From Heteronotia binoei (Eukaryota): a DNA stretch of 64,000 nt. Position 1 is the first letter of the stretch. The number at the start of each line of letters is the position of its first letter. A program made the position numbers and the translations under genes. Below the pieces are notes generated by a model, which worked only from the letters and a program-made list of their open reading frames with translations, did no database searches and had not been told where the DNA came from. The stretch spans positions 23,498,001-23,562,000 of the forward strand of contig NC_083230.1 in NCBI RefSeq assembly GCF_032191835.1, read 5' to 3'. Below are positions 1 to 11,150 of the stretch, one piece after another.

Positions 1-165
1 TGTCTAACAAAGTATAGAGTGGGACTCCTGGGACTCCAAGGCAGAGGTTGAGGGCCTTTATGATAAGCAGAGCTCAGTTACGGGAATGAGTAGCCAGGAA
101 CAATCAGAAGACTTACCCTCTGCAGATGTTAGGACCTGGAATAGAAGGTAGGAGTTAGTATGGAG

Positions 166-243
166 GTATGGGTTGAGTTGCCATCAATATGCTAATGACA
201 CCCAGCTCTATCTGTTGATGAATGACCACCCAGACTCTGCTGC
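166..243 (+). mobile_element. L2 LINE reverse transcriptase fragment
   Basis: Translates YGLSCHQYANDTQLYLLMNDHPDSA, a degenerate YADDTQLY catalytic motif typical of L2-clade RT. Confidence 0.7.
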
Positions 244-2393
244 AGAAAATATGGGCCATGCATTAGAGTAAAAAAAAAAAAATCATTCAGCTTCTCTGCA
301 ATTTCTCTATCATCCTTTGATCATCCTTGGTGATTCAATATCACCCTTGATCATTCAAGTGCCCCACCATCTCCTTAGCTGGGTTTCTGCTTCTAATACA
401 TTTGAAGAAAAAAATATTGTGAAGAAATGCCTTCCCTTCCCCCCCTCCCCCCCAAACAGGTGCTGAAACTCACTTTTCAAAATGGCTCAGTTTTTTTTCC
501 TGTGGACTGGAAAGGAGGAGGGCACCAGATGACTGCTAGTAAAGGTGGCTGGTCTTCTTCCCTTTCCCCTCCTTAACCACAGAAAAGGGGGTTGTTTCCT
601 TGAGAGGCAGGGACAGGGGAGGAAGTTCCAGAAATGCTTTGGGGCTCTTCTTCCCAGAGTGCTCTAGGGAAAAGGTGACTATATCCTGGGAGGGGATAAA
701 AAGGTTTAAATTGCCCCACCAAGAAAAAAGCAGGCTCTATGGTGTGCTGCTTCATCTGAAGGAGGAGGCCTTTGTGCTAGGCTGTCCCTTGCAGCATCCA
801 TCGTCTTTCCAACCATGCAGCCAGTCAGCAAAGTAAAATGGAACAGCAAGGAAACAATTTAACATTTAAAAAGCTTTAAATGCCCACTATGGTTGTAACA
901 TCTAGCTAGGGCATATGTGAGAGGAGGGTGAGAGGATGTGTTCAGAACCAATATTTCTTTGTTCTTCCACGTGCTGATCTGGTGTTGTGCTTAAGTGTGC
1001 TTGTAATCTTTTCCGCTTTTTAATAAATATTTTAATATTTTGAATGCTGACAGTAGATCCCTGTGTCACATAGTTCCACAACACTGTTGGACATGCTACA
1101 GTATAAAGGGGAGGGGACTCCAAGGGGGAGGAAAAGGTCAGGGTGCAAATGGCCAACCCTCCAAGGGAAACCCAAAGCTACATTTGGTCTCTATAGTAAC
1201 CAGATGCAGGGTAGCAGGAGACCTCAAGGCCATGTTTCTTTATTGAAACATCCATACAGTTGTCATTTGTAGACAAGTTCCCTCACTCCCTGCTCTGTCC
1301 ACATAGTTTCTTTCCTTTCACATGCTGTTGAGTTTGCATGTTATCAGTTCACCCATCTCCTCTACACAATCCCTCTCAAGTCTTGACATAAAAGTTGTGG
1401 CTGATTAGATGGGCTGGGAAGGGTGCTGACCTTTCTCTGACTTTTGCATCACCTCCAGCCCAATGAGATACCTTCCCCAGTTAAGGATACTGCCTCCCCA
1501 GTTACCCAGCTGCACCCCATATGATAATCGTCCGACCACATTCTAGCCAATGGCTTAACCTTTTCCATGTAGATGCATCCATGTCCACAACCATTCCCTC
1601 AGTGTCCAGTCTGACCCCCTTGGTCACAGAGAGAATAAAGTATCACACAATCATCTTCTCCACTGAAAATTGCTCTAAAAACAACTTTTTGTTAGGAAAA
1701 AAACACCCCATGACTGAAATGCACAAATATATATTTAATACGTCACCTATATGATGTCACTGTATGCATTGGCTGCCAAGATTTGTACAAAACCTTTGTC
1801 TTTATGGTTAATGTGCGACAATTTATGCTATGTCCCGGCTCCAACAATTTTAAAACTGGGTTTAATCTTTTTTTAAATTGTTACATTTATTACTGCTTGG
1901 GCAATTGTTTTTGTTATATTGTTATTGTCCCTGGCTACACACAATAAAATTTCACTTACCTACTTAAAAAATGTAGGTTCATCCTAAATAATCCAGAATT
2001 GCTGGAATGCAAATAAAATCCTTTGCTAGGGAGGAAGTTGATAGAATGAATTCTAATTGGACCTTTTCAGTATAATTTCATGTTTAGAACCACCAGTATT
2101 AGACATAAGAAAAATGTGTTTGTTGACTAGAATAAGACATCTAATTAGTACAGCTTTCTTCAAGATTAATAATTAAACGTTGCATGCCATATAATTAAGA
2201 TGCACAACATCAACATTCTTAACCTTAAACAACATTAGAAATGCTCTAGTGAACAGTCAGGAGTATTTCATTTGTCACACATAGAAGACTTCTATTAATG
2301 CAATAAAAAAAAGCTTTAGCCAATAGTCAGAATCACATGACATTTTGGAAATCTTCTCTTTCTAGATGCTTCTGACTAATGAATACACAAGTG

Positions 2394-2505
2394 CTATGGA
2401 TCCCTCAAATAATCAAATTGTTCTTGGAATTTCTGCTTGATGTTGACATTCCCATTGTTAAATTTCTGGTTCCATTGGATATACGCCTCTAAATGCTGTC
2501 TAAGA
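2394..2505 (-). CDS. Candidate terminal coding exon of an unidentified gene
   Basis: Minus strand has a branch-like ctcaat, a pyrimidine tract and an acceptor (ttctctacttccacag). Only one frame is open: LRQHLEAYIQWNQKFNNGNVNIKQKFQEQFDYLRDP-stop. Protein not recognised and no partner exons found. Confidence 0.3.
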
Positions 2506-3020
2506 CTGTGGAAGTAGAGAATCATTTATTGAGTCAATAGCATGCCACTATCATCCATCACTAAGCATTCTATTTTGGTTCTAGCAAGTGAAATAGATAT
2601 GGGTTTTTTTATATAGCTGAAAGTAGTGTTGGGGCTCAGCTCAAATAGACCTATCATATCCTGGTGGCCTCATAATTCATTTTTCATGCGAGTATTATCT
2701 GTCTCTCTTTTCACATAAAATAAAACTCACTGCCACTTCACCAGATCATGCAATGCCTTGCCCACTTTGTGGGAAAGGCAGACAATATTTTGAACCAGCT
2801 AATCAAATGAATACTGACATTTAGTTTAATCAGTGCTGTGGATGCCACTTTGCAGAGAAGTCCAACTTAACATCATAATTGTAGGGCTAAATGTAGGGTT
2901 ATGAATGGTTATTTGTTTTAGATGTATTTAAATGGTTTATGCATATGTCTTTTCTGTAGTGTTGATGTGTTGGTATGTTTGTGGAAGAGCACCTCATTTC
3001 GTTGCTCTCATTTTCCTTTT

Positions 3021-3186
3021 NNNNNNNNNNNNNNNNNNNNNNNNNNNNNNNNNNNNNNNNNNNNNNNNNNNNNNNNNNNNNNNNNNNNNNNNNNNNNNNN
3101 NNNNNNNNNNNNNNNNNNNNNNNNNNNNNNNNNNNNNNNNNNNNNNNNNNNNNNNNNNNNNNNNNNNNNNNNNNNNNNNNNNNNNN
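3021..3186. other. Assembly gap
   Basis: Run of N. Confidence 1.
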
Positions 3187-3576
3187 TCATGACGTTTGTG
3201 ATTGACTTTTTAAAATGTTCTTGAAGGTGGTTGTAAGCTTCAGGGTACTTACAGTTTGAACAAAAAAAAGTTTTAAATATGATTGCGCAGAACACCCTTT
3301 CTGGATTTTTGCTAGCCTTATGAAAGCTTTTTTTTGCTTCCCTGAGGAAAAACTTCTGTATTACTTCCGAGTTTTGCTTTCAATGAAATTTCATAGCAGC
3401 TCTAGCTTTACTAACAGCTGCTAGAAATTGTAAAGTTTTGACGTGATCCCCGGTTGTGTCCTGGCACCAATTAGGTCCTTTCTTAGATCTGGAAACGGAA
3501 CCTCTAATGGTTCAAAGCTCATGTGACTGTTTTAGGCACACATATTTCTAGCCTGCAGGTGACAAGTAATCTAAAC

Positions 3577-3786
3577 CAGTGGTTCCCAACCTTTTTGGTG
3601 CCAGGGACCAGTTTCGTGGAAGACAATTTTTCCATGGACAGGGTGTGTGTGTGTGTGATGGTTTTGGGATGATACAATTGTATACTTTATTTCTATTATT
3701 ACATTGTAATATATACAGCTCGCGACCCAGTTGCTAACAGGCCACAGACTGGTACTGGTCTGTGGCCCGGGGGTTGGGGACCCCTG
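3577..3786. mobile_element. hAT-Charlie (MER1-like) non-autonomous DNA transposon
   Basis: Termini cagtggttcccaac and gttggggacccctg; perfect 8-bp TSD ATCTAAAC (3569-3576, 3787-3794). Confidence 0.9.
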
Positions 3787-5266
3787 ATCTAAACCTTACT
3801 ATCAGGAGCTCTGCATAGCTTTCATTGTCATTGCACATCTGTGAATTGTGTTCAGTTCAGTTCCTCAGCTTGTTTGGGAGTACTATGAGCTTGGCTGCTC
3901 TGATGCTGAGAAGGAAGGGCACATAAGTGCAGCAAAAGGTTGCAAAATTGCATCATTGTACGCTGTATCGCTATTTCCTCTTCCTCTAACAGAGGCTATA
4001 CCAGTGTGTACCAATCTTTTTACCAGCCTTTTAAGGCACCTGCTGAAGTCAATTGGCATAGAATGGAGTAACAGGGATGTGCATTGAAAAAACTATTGTT
4101 TTAATTCCTGGGAAGTTCTGGGAAAGCTTTTACTGCCTTGGATATAGCTTACCAGGTCCAATACCTGATGGTGACTTGGACAACTTTTAGTGTTGGCAAT
4201 ACCTGATCCCATACCAGTGTGACTCTTCTTAGGACTGTATTGTACCTAGTTTAACCTTATGGTTTATTACTATATCCTCTAAGGACAAAATCAGACATAC
4301 TGGGAGTTCTGTGTGCAGAGGTCCCAGCAATTTTTACAATTCAGTTATTAGGCATGGGGGAAGCATTAATTCAGATTGGGATGATGGTGCAAGGTGGTGT
4401 AAAGTTTAACCAAGGCATCCCCAACCATTTTGAGGCTGTGAAAAACTTTGGGATTCTAACAAAGGGTGGTGGGCACAACTACAAAATGGATGCCATAGGA
4501 GGTGGAACCAACTACAAAATGTCAGGAAGTGATGTGATGCCTAACTATAAATGTGACTCTTCAATATTTCAGGTGGAAGCTCTCTTTAACAGGATGTATT
4601 TTAAAAGGATAATATTGTTTAAAAGTGTTTTCTTGCATACACACAGTAACACAGTGAAGGTTTTTAAGCTGTGGTAAAGCTAATTTCAAAATATCTGCCC
4701 AGCCAATGAGGTCTGTAATGGCCAGTCAGAAGTCCTGCTGGGTAAAAGCCCCAATTGGCCTTGTCACTTTCTAAGAACACTTGGCAAGGACCAGGAAAGA
4801 TGTAGGCAGCCACCATTGTGCCCATGGGCACCAAATTAGGTCCCCTCAGTTTAATTATTCCCATACGCCAGTTTCCCAACATGAAATGGACCTGGTGAGC
4901 AAATATTAGCACATTTGGTGTACACTAGAATGACATGGGGGAGTTTAGAAGGGCAAGCCAAGGAGGATAATTGTAGAATGTAGCAAGAAAACAAAGATGA
5001 GACAAAGGAGTGAGCAGAGATGGAGGAAGAGAAAAAGTCTGGATGGGAAAAGGCACAAGAGAAAGCAGAGGAGGGAACAGAGAAGGAAATGAGGATGGAA
5101 AAATAGACAAGACATACCTCTGACCAGGGAGCTGGGAGTGCTACACAGCCCTTGGCAAGAGATGAAAAAGAGAAATGGGTTCAGGTGAATCCTGGCTGGA
5201 TGAGCGGGAGATGGAAGTAGAAACCCATGTTATGCATTTCCTATCATTGTAAATGAAGGAAAAGTT

Positions 5267-5410
5267 ATGAAGCTGCTTTATGCTGAACTAGGCCTTTTGT
5301 CTATCAACACCAGTATTTTTTCCTCTGATTGGCAGTGGCTGCCCAGGGTCTTGTGCATTGCTGATGTTTTTAACTGAAGATGGGGTTGACTGAACCGAGG
5401 ACATTTCCCA
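5267..5410 (-). mobile_element. Old tRNA-derived SINE fragment
   Basis: Diverged match to the SINE at 20679-20894 (atgaagctgc...tggcagtggct...cagggtct). Confidence 0.5.
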
Positions 5411-5466
5411 CTATAGTTTAATGTATTTTTCTCCTAATGGCAAACTATATATATGTTACATGTTAA

Positions 5467-5843
5467 TGTTGGCGTATTCGCTGGTATGCTCTGGGTTCGA
5501 GAGGCTTAAGAATATACAGCACACTGACTTGTGCTAACTATATACATTTATTTACAGATATACAAGCTATAGTTGTTCTGGTATACACTGGTCAAAGTGC
5601 TTCGCCAGACAACACATACGATAGCAGAGGATACACCGTACAGACTCTCCTCAGTTATATACACATAGCTATATACAAGCACCAATCAGCACACAGTGCT
5701 GAGTCATTCTGCTTAAGCACATGTCCTCTGGACAGAACCAGTTTGCACCTGCTAAGGGAAGCTGTCAGGAACTGTCACAGATCATGAACTGTCATTTGCA
5801 TTAGACTCCAGCCTGAAGTCTTACTAGCAAATATATGCTGACA
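5467..5843 (-). mobile_element. Solo LTR, 377 bp
   Basis: TG...CA ends and perfect 5-bp TSD GTTAA (5462-5466, 5844-5848). Minus strand carries ATTGG, TATATAA and AATAAA in LTR order. Confidence 0.85.
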
Positions 5844-5939
5844 GTTAAAAAGTAAACCAGTTGGATGGTAAAAATTCTGAGATAGAAATGCCTTCCTTTC
5901 GGCCCAGACTTATAGCAATAGAATCATTAACAGACATCC

Positions 5940-6207
5940 TCACATTTTGACATATTACTGTTTGATTGCTTTCGCATGCTTATGCTACTCAGATCAAAGG
6001 TTTGCTCAATTTGTTAATTTTACTATTCTGTCATTGGATCTTAAATTTGCACCATTTTGCATTCTGAGCCACTGCCTACCAGCTATTTGTGTCTCTGCTC
6101 ACTGTACTGGATTCCTCGTCTGATGAAGTGTGCTTAGAGCACACAAAAGCTTATGTTCTGAATAAAACTAAGTTGGTCTTAAAGATGCACGACTCCTATT
6201 TTGTTCT
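5940..6207 (+). mobile_element. Penelope-like element terminal repeat (pLTR) with hammerhead-like core
   Basis: ctgatga-gtgtgct/agcacac-aaaagc...aataaaa...gttggtcttaaag; homologous to 9632-9775 on the minus strand. Left boundary approximate. Confidence 0.65.
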
Positions 6208-6220
6208 GCATGCAAAGTAG

Positions 6221-6505
6221 GAGCGTTTTCGCACTGACCTTACTCAGGAGCGACGTCCTTCTTCACCGCGCAGCGTCTGCGTGGATTTTGCACTAATTGC
6301 TCCGCAGAACCCGGAAGAGCCGCAAAGTCCCGCGGCTTTCGTCGCAAATGTAAACTGGCCAAAAACCAGTTTACATTTGCGACGCAAAAGCCGTGGGACT
6401 TTGCGGCTCTTCCGGGTTCTGCGGAGCAATTAGTGCGAAATCCGCGCAGACGCTGTGCGGTGAAGAGGGACATCGCTCCCGAGTAAGGTCAGTGCGAAAA
6501 CGCCC
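6221..6505. mobile_element. Palindromic MITE (PIF/Harbinger-like)
   Basis: Near-perfect ~285 bp palindrome, termini gagcgttttcgcactgacc and ggtcagtgcgaaaacgccc, CpG-rich. Confidence 0.8.
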
Positions 6506-7474
6506 TATATGTTCTGCCATTGAGCCGCAGCAATATTATCTGTGTCAGATTGTCAGATTTATAAGAGTGACATACCAGCCTCCTGCCCTGCCAAGAATGG
6601 CATATAATTGCCATATACATTTGTAAATAGCAAGTAAATAATGGGAAAGAAACAAACAAATTGGGAGCACTATCCAGAAAAAAAGATGGGAGAAGAAAAA
6701 GACTTATGATGTGGTGACAATACTGGAAAATGAAAAGAAATGAAAAAGGACATATTTGTACATCTAAAGGACTTATGTGCCAGAATGAAAAAATGAAAAA
6801 GGACATACAGTATTCGTTCATCTAAAGAACTTATGTGGCAGCATGGCATGCCACAGACTGCCCATACACCTTTGATAGCTGGAAAGATACATCATGGTAA
6901 TAAAGTCAGAAAACCCATATTTTCTGATTTAGGAGTTCTGGGTTTTATTTCATCTCCAGAGCTCCAGTTCCCTAGAATATGTCTTCCTTAATGAGAATTT
7001 ATTGCAAGTTCTTCATAATATAGCTAGATAACTGAAGGTAATTTCAGTAATTAGGATGGATGACAAAACAGTATCTTTCAAATCATTCACATTTTAATAG
7101 GATTCTAAGACTAGAGTATTGACTGGATGATTACAGTTCTTGGTGTTTACTAAATCACTGGTTAGAGTCATACTTTTTATTATGCAATGTTACAAGATGG
7201 TCTTCCTGTGACCCCTCCCCCCCTTCCCACTTTTTTGTGTGCATTGTTGGGTAGTTTATGGTAATCCAAAACTGTTCTGTAGGTACTTGCTCAGGAGTTG
7301 TTTGCATGCATGTGAGTGCATGCATCTGTAAAAAATCTTGGGAATATATCCTTAGTTACAGATACCTGTAGGATAGCAGGGAGGTAAACCTTGTTTAACT
7401 CACAAAATAGAGTTCCAAATCAGCTGATACATTTTACTTAGTTATCCTATACATGTGGATGGAATTTGGGGTTT

Positions 7475-7908
7475 CATAAGAACATAAGAGAAGCCATGTT
7501 AGATCAGGCCAATGGCCCATCCAGTCCAACATTCTGTGTCACACAGCGGCCAAATATAAATACACACACACACACACACACACACTGTGGCTAATAGCCA
7601 CTGATGGACCTGTGTTCCATATTTTTATCTAAACCCCTCTTGAAGGTGGCTATGCTTGTGGCCGCCACCACCTCCTGTGGCAGTGAATTCCACATGTTAA
7701 TCACCCTTTGGGTGAAGAAGTACTTCCTTTTATCCGTTTTAACCTGTCTGCTCAGCAATTTCATCGAATGCCCACGAGTTCTTGTATTGTGAGAAAGGGA
7801 GAAAAGTCCTTCTTTCTCTACTTTCTCCATCCCATGCATTATCTTGTAAACCTCTATCATGTCACCCCGCAGTCGACGTTTCTCTAAGCTAAAGAGCCCT
7901 AAGCGTTT
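7475..7908 (-). mobile_element. CR1 LINE 3' fragment
   Basis: [28 protein letters not shown]...FFTQRVINMWNSLP; CR1 terminal (ttcttatg) repeat; internal (CA)n. Confidence 0.95.
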
Positions 7909-8159
7909 CCTCGTTGCTAGTGTGAATGCAGATAAAGTGCAATAGCAATGGGGCTTCCATATGGTACATTTCCCCACTGTTAACCTGCCTCATTCTCACA
8001 GCAGCAGGCAACTCCCTCCCCTGAGCCACAAGTGGTGGTGATGGGGAATTGCTACCTCAGGAACAGGGAAAATGGCTGCCATGTGGATTGGAAAATCTGG
8101 AATTTCCTAGACACACAGTAGCTATCTAGGATTTACTAAAACCTTTCCTAAACAGGTTT

Positions 8160-8770
8160 GTTTTTTCTAGTTTAATTTTTTTTTATTAGTTTTCCAAAGA
8201 GTAAAGGGAACAAGGGAAAAGGGAAATAGAAAATTAGATATAATCATCTATAATAATATAGTTTAGCCTGTATAGAAATACTTCCTTAAATTCACACCTT
8301 ATTAAGTATTGTTACCACTTTACACTATATCAACATACTCTTAGTAAAATATTTTAACGATTGGCTAAGTTATCCACTTAGCTTTAGATTTCGAATATAT
8401 ATGCCATTATACTATAGATTATAGTAGAAGGGGACAAAAGTTCACACCAAAGAAACTTAAGTATCTAATGACACATATAGCTTCACCCAAATTTTTCTTG
8501 CTTCTTCCTTAGATTTCCTGGCAAGAAACGGATAAATAGTCCATGTCAGCCATTTCCAGTATTTTCTCCGTCAAGTCCGATCTCGTGGGAATTTCTTGGA
8601 GTTTCCATTTCTGTGCCAAAAGAATTCTAGCTGCTGTATTAATATGCGCCAATAAATGTCTCATCTCTAAAAATAGGTTTGTTAAAGATTGGAGAAAAGT
8701 TGGGTATATCGCTAGAGGTACATGAATGCACCATATGTTGTGGGGAAGAAAGAGGAAAACACTTCTCAAA
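8160..8770 (-). mobile_element. L1 LINE 3' fragment
   Basis: TAARILLAQKWKLQEIPT...EKILEMADMD resembles the squamate L1 ORF2 C-terminus; T-rich tail end near 8160-8190. Confidence 0.75.
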
Positions 8771-9631
8771 AGTTTTTATTTCAGGCAGATAACCCATGTA
8801 GAAACCATCAAATTGTTCTGGATTATGCAGCCTATGCTTGTGGACCTGACAAATTTATATTTGTGTGAACAAATACATTCTTACACAGACATTATTAATC
8901 TATTGTCCTGCACTTTTCCCTTCAGAGAGCATTGCCCTGTACTTCCCACTGCTCAGGAAAAGGAGAATATAAAATTGCCTCAGATGCCATGTACTAGAAG
9001 TTTTCATATAAGGGGACAATAATTTCAACAGAAAAAAATAAATAGAACAGTCTTCTAAAGCTGGTTAGGAGATCATGTACCTTGTTGATTTTATTTAGCT
9101 TTGCAAAGTCAAAATGAATATGAAGGCATTTGTCTTTTGTTTGGCTGGAGAGCTGTTACTCTGACTTTTTGGTGGCTGTTATTGCTGGGATTTTCAAGTT
9201 TGCGGAGAAGCCAGAGCAAACTATTATCCATATGACTATTTTGTAATGCTGGATTTATCTAGGTTCTTTTTTTAAAAAAAATCTAGTTTCAAGCAGTGTA
9301 TACTACTGTGAATATGTCATTTTTCATTGAAATTAATAACTGCATCTATTCTTCTATTTACTCTTTTTATTTTGGAAATGCTTTGGATTCAGACACAGTT
9401 TTAAAAAGCAAACAGAAAAAATACATGTACAAATATACAGTATTTTCTGCTGAAGTGATTGACTCTGACTCCAAATATGAGAATGGCACAAGGATATATA
9501 TGCAAGAATAAACCTTCATTTTTAGTATCCTTTTTGTTAGACCAATTATTTTGACTATTTCTATGCTGCCTCTCTCCAGATAATCTGCTCAAAATCTCCC
9601 ACAAAATGTATTAAACCATAAAAGATAACAA

Positions 9632-9775
9632 AGCAAGAGTCAAGTTGCACCTTTAAGACCAACCAATTTTTATTTAGAACGTAAGCTTTCGTGTGCTCTT
9701 AAGCACACTTCATCAGATGAGGAATCCAGCACAGTGAGCACTTCAGCCAGGCTTTGATTCCCATGTATAACCTGG
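9632..9775 (-). mobile_element. Penelope-like pLTR with hammerhead-like core
   Basis: Minus strand reads CUGAUGA-A-GUGUGCU(UAAG)AGCACAC-GAAA-GC(UUAC)GU-UC, then the same aataaaa...ggtcttaaaggtgc end as 5940-6207. Confidence 0.7.
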
Positions 9776-11150
9776 TGTTAAGCCAATTGCCTGAAAAATA
9801 GGATTTTGGGGAATTTAGGGTGGAGGGCAATCAGCCTTTCAGCGAGATCTAAAACCTATTTATACAGAAGGTGTCTGCTTTGGAAATTACCCAACAAGGC
9901 AATATAATATAATATAATAATTAAAGGAGTTTTATTATAGAATAAAGGTGAACATACAAAGGATATAAAGTCACATAACACACATACAGTCCTAATAAAG
10001 ATAGAGTTGAAATAGACAGGGGTAAACACAAGGATCGACAAACAGGGTAATAATTACCTATCATAGTCTTCGAGGAAGGCTCCAATGGCGACGAAAAGGA
10101 GATGGGGGAACGGACCCTCAACTAATCAGGTATCAGGGGCATATCTAACAGCGGAGTATGTGGTACTGTCAGATGCACACGTGTGGGATGTAGGGTAAGA
10201 GCTAATAAAGTCTGCTTTGACCCTTAAGGGGATAGGCGGAGCAAGGGCAGATGACAGGTGGCCAGCTGGTACATGATGCTGACCCACATGGTACATTACC
10301 TCAGAAAAGGGGAGGCTCTGATGTGACCATAGGGGCTTGACTTGTGTGGTGGGCAGTGGCCAGTCTATTCTGGGTACCTGATTGGATGCCCATATCCAGC
10401 CAATGAGCGGACCTGGCCCTAGTTACCTGATTGGGCTTCCAGGTAATAATGGGCAAGGTGGAGGCTCCAATGTGACAGTTAGGGCAAGGCATGGGTGGAG
10501 GTATCGAGTGGAGGTGATTAAACAAGCTATCCAAACTTATCTAAAGGTGACAATAGGGAGCCAAATTGGTACCTAAGGTGACACCCGATTTATACAATAA
10601 CTATGGCTCTGACTGAAGCTGTTCTTCCTCTTCTTTACTCCTCTGCTGGCACCATCTTTTGTCTTGGGTTCCGTTGGACAAAAGCTTAGGCAGTCTGGCA
10701 GGATCCACTCCTAAGATAAGCTTGATTGCCTTATGCAGAAGTAACAGCTATTGAGTACGTGAGCCTCTCACTTCTCTGTCATGGAATCTGGCACTGCAGG
10801 AAGATGGTCGCTGATGATGTTAGCCTACCAACATAGCTTTAATGGTCAAGGCTGGAAACCGATTGCCCGGACAGTTCTTGGTGGCACAACTTCTTCCACT
10901 GCAATGGCCGAGACGGTGCATGCATGAAGCAGCTGGAAACCCATCTGTACTTCTGGCTAGCACTCTTCCAGAGATATAGAGTGCTGTAGTAATGCTGAGG
11001 CTGTTAGTACTCACATAAGTCTCTTATAAAATGGTAGATAAAACCTACGTTTCACAGCAGATGTGTGAGTTGATTCTCCAGGCACCTTGGCAAACAAACG
11101 GGTAATTACGATGTCCATATATAACTGAAATTAGTGGTCTCTTGCTCACA
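9776..11150 (-). mobile_element. Long solo LTR (1375 bp), family copy A
   Basis: TG...CA ends, 4-bp TSD CTGG (9772-9775, 11151-11154), CCAAT boxes and AATAAA on the minus strand; homologous to 50707-52057 and 62921-63880. Confidence 0.85.

Noticed and set aside
10820-11014. Cys-rich ~65-aa frame open in all three long LTR copies (also 63547-63741 and within 50363-51091)
   Set aside because: A manual codon comparison of copies A and B shows changes spread about equally over the three codon positions and mostly non-synonymous, so there is no sign of coding constraint
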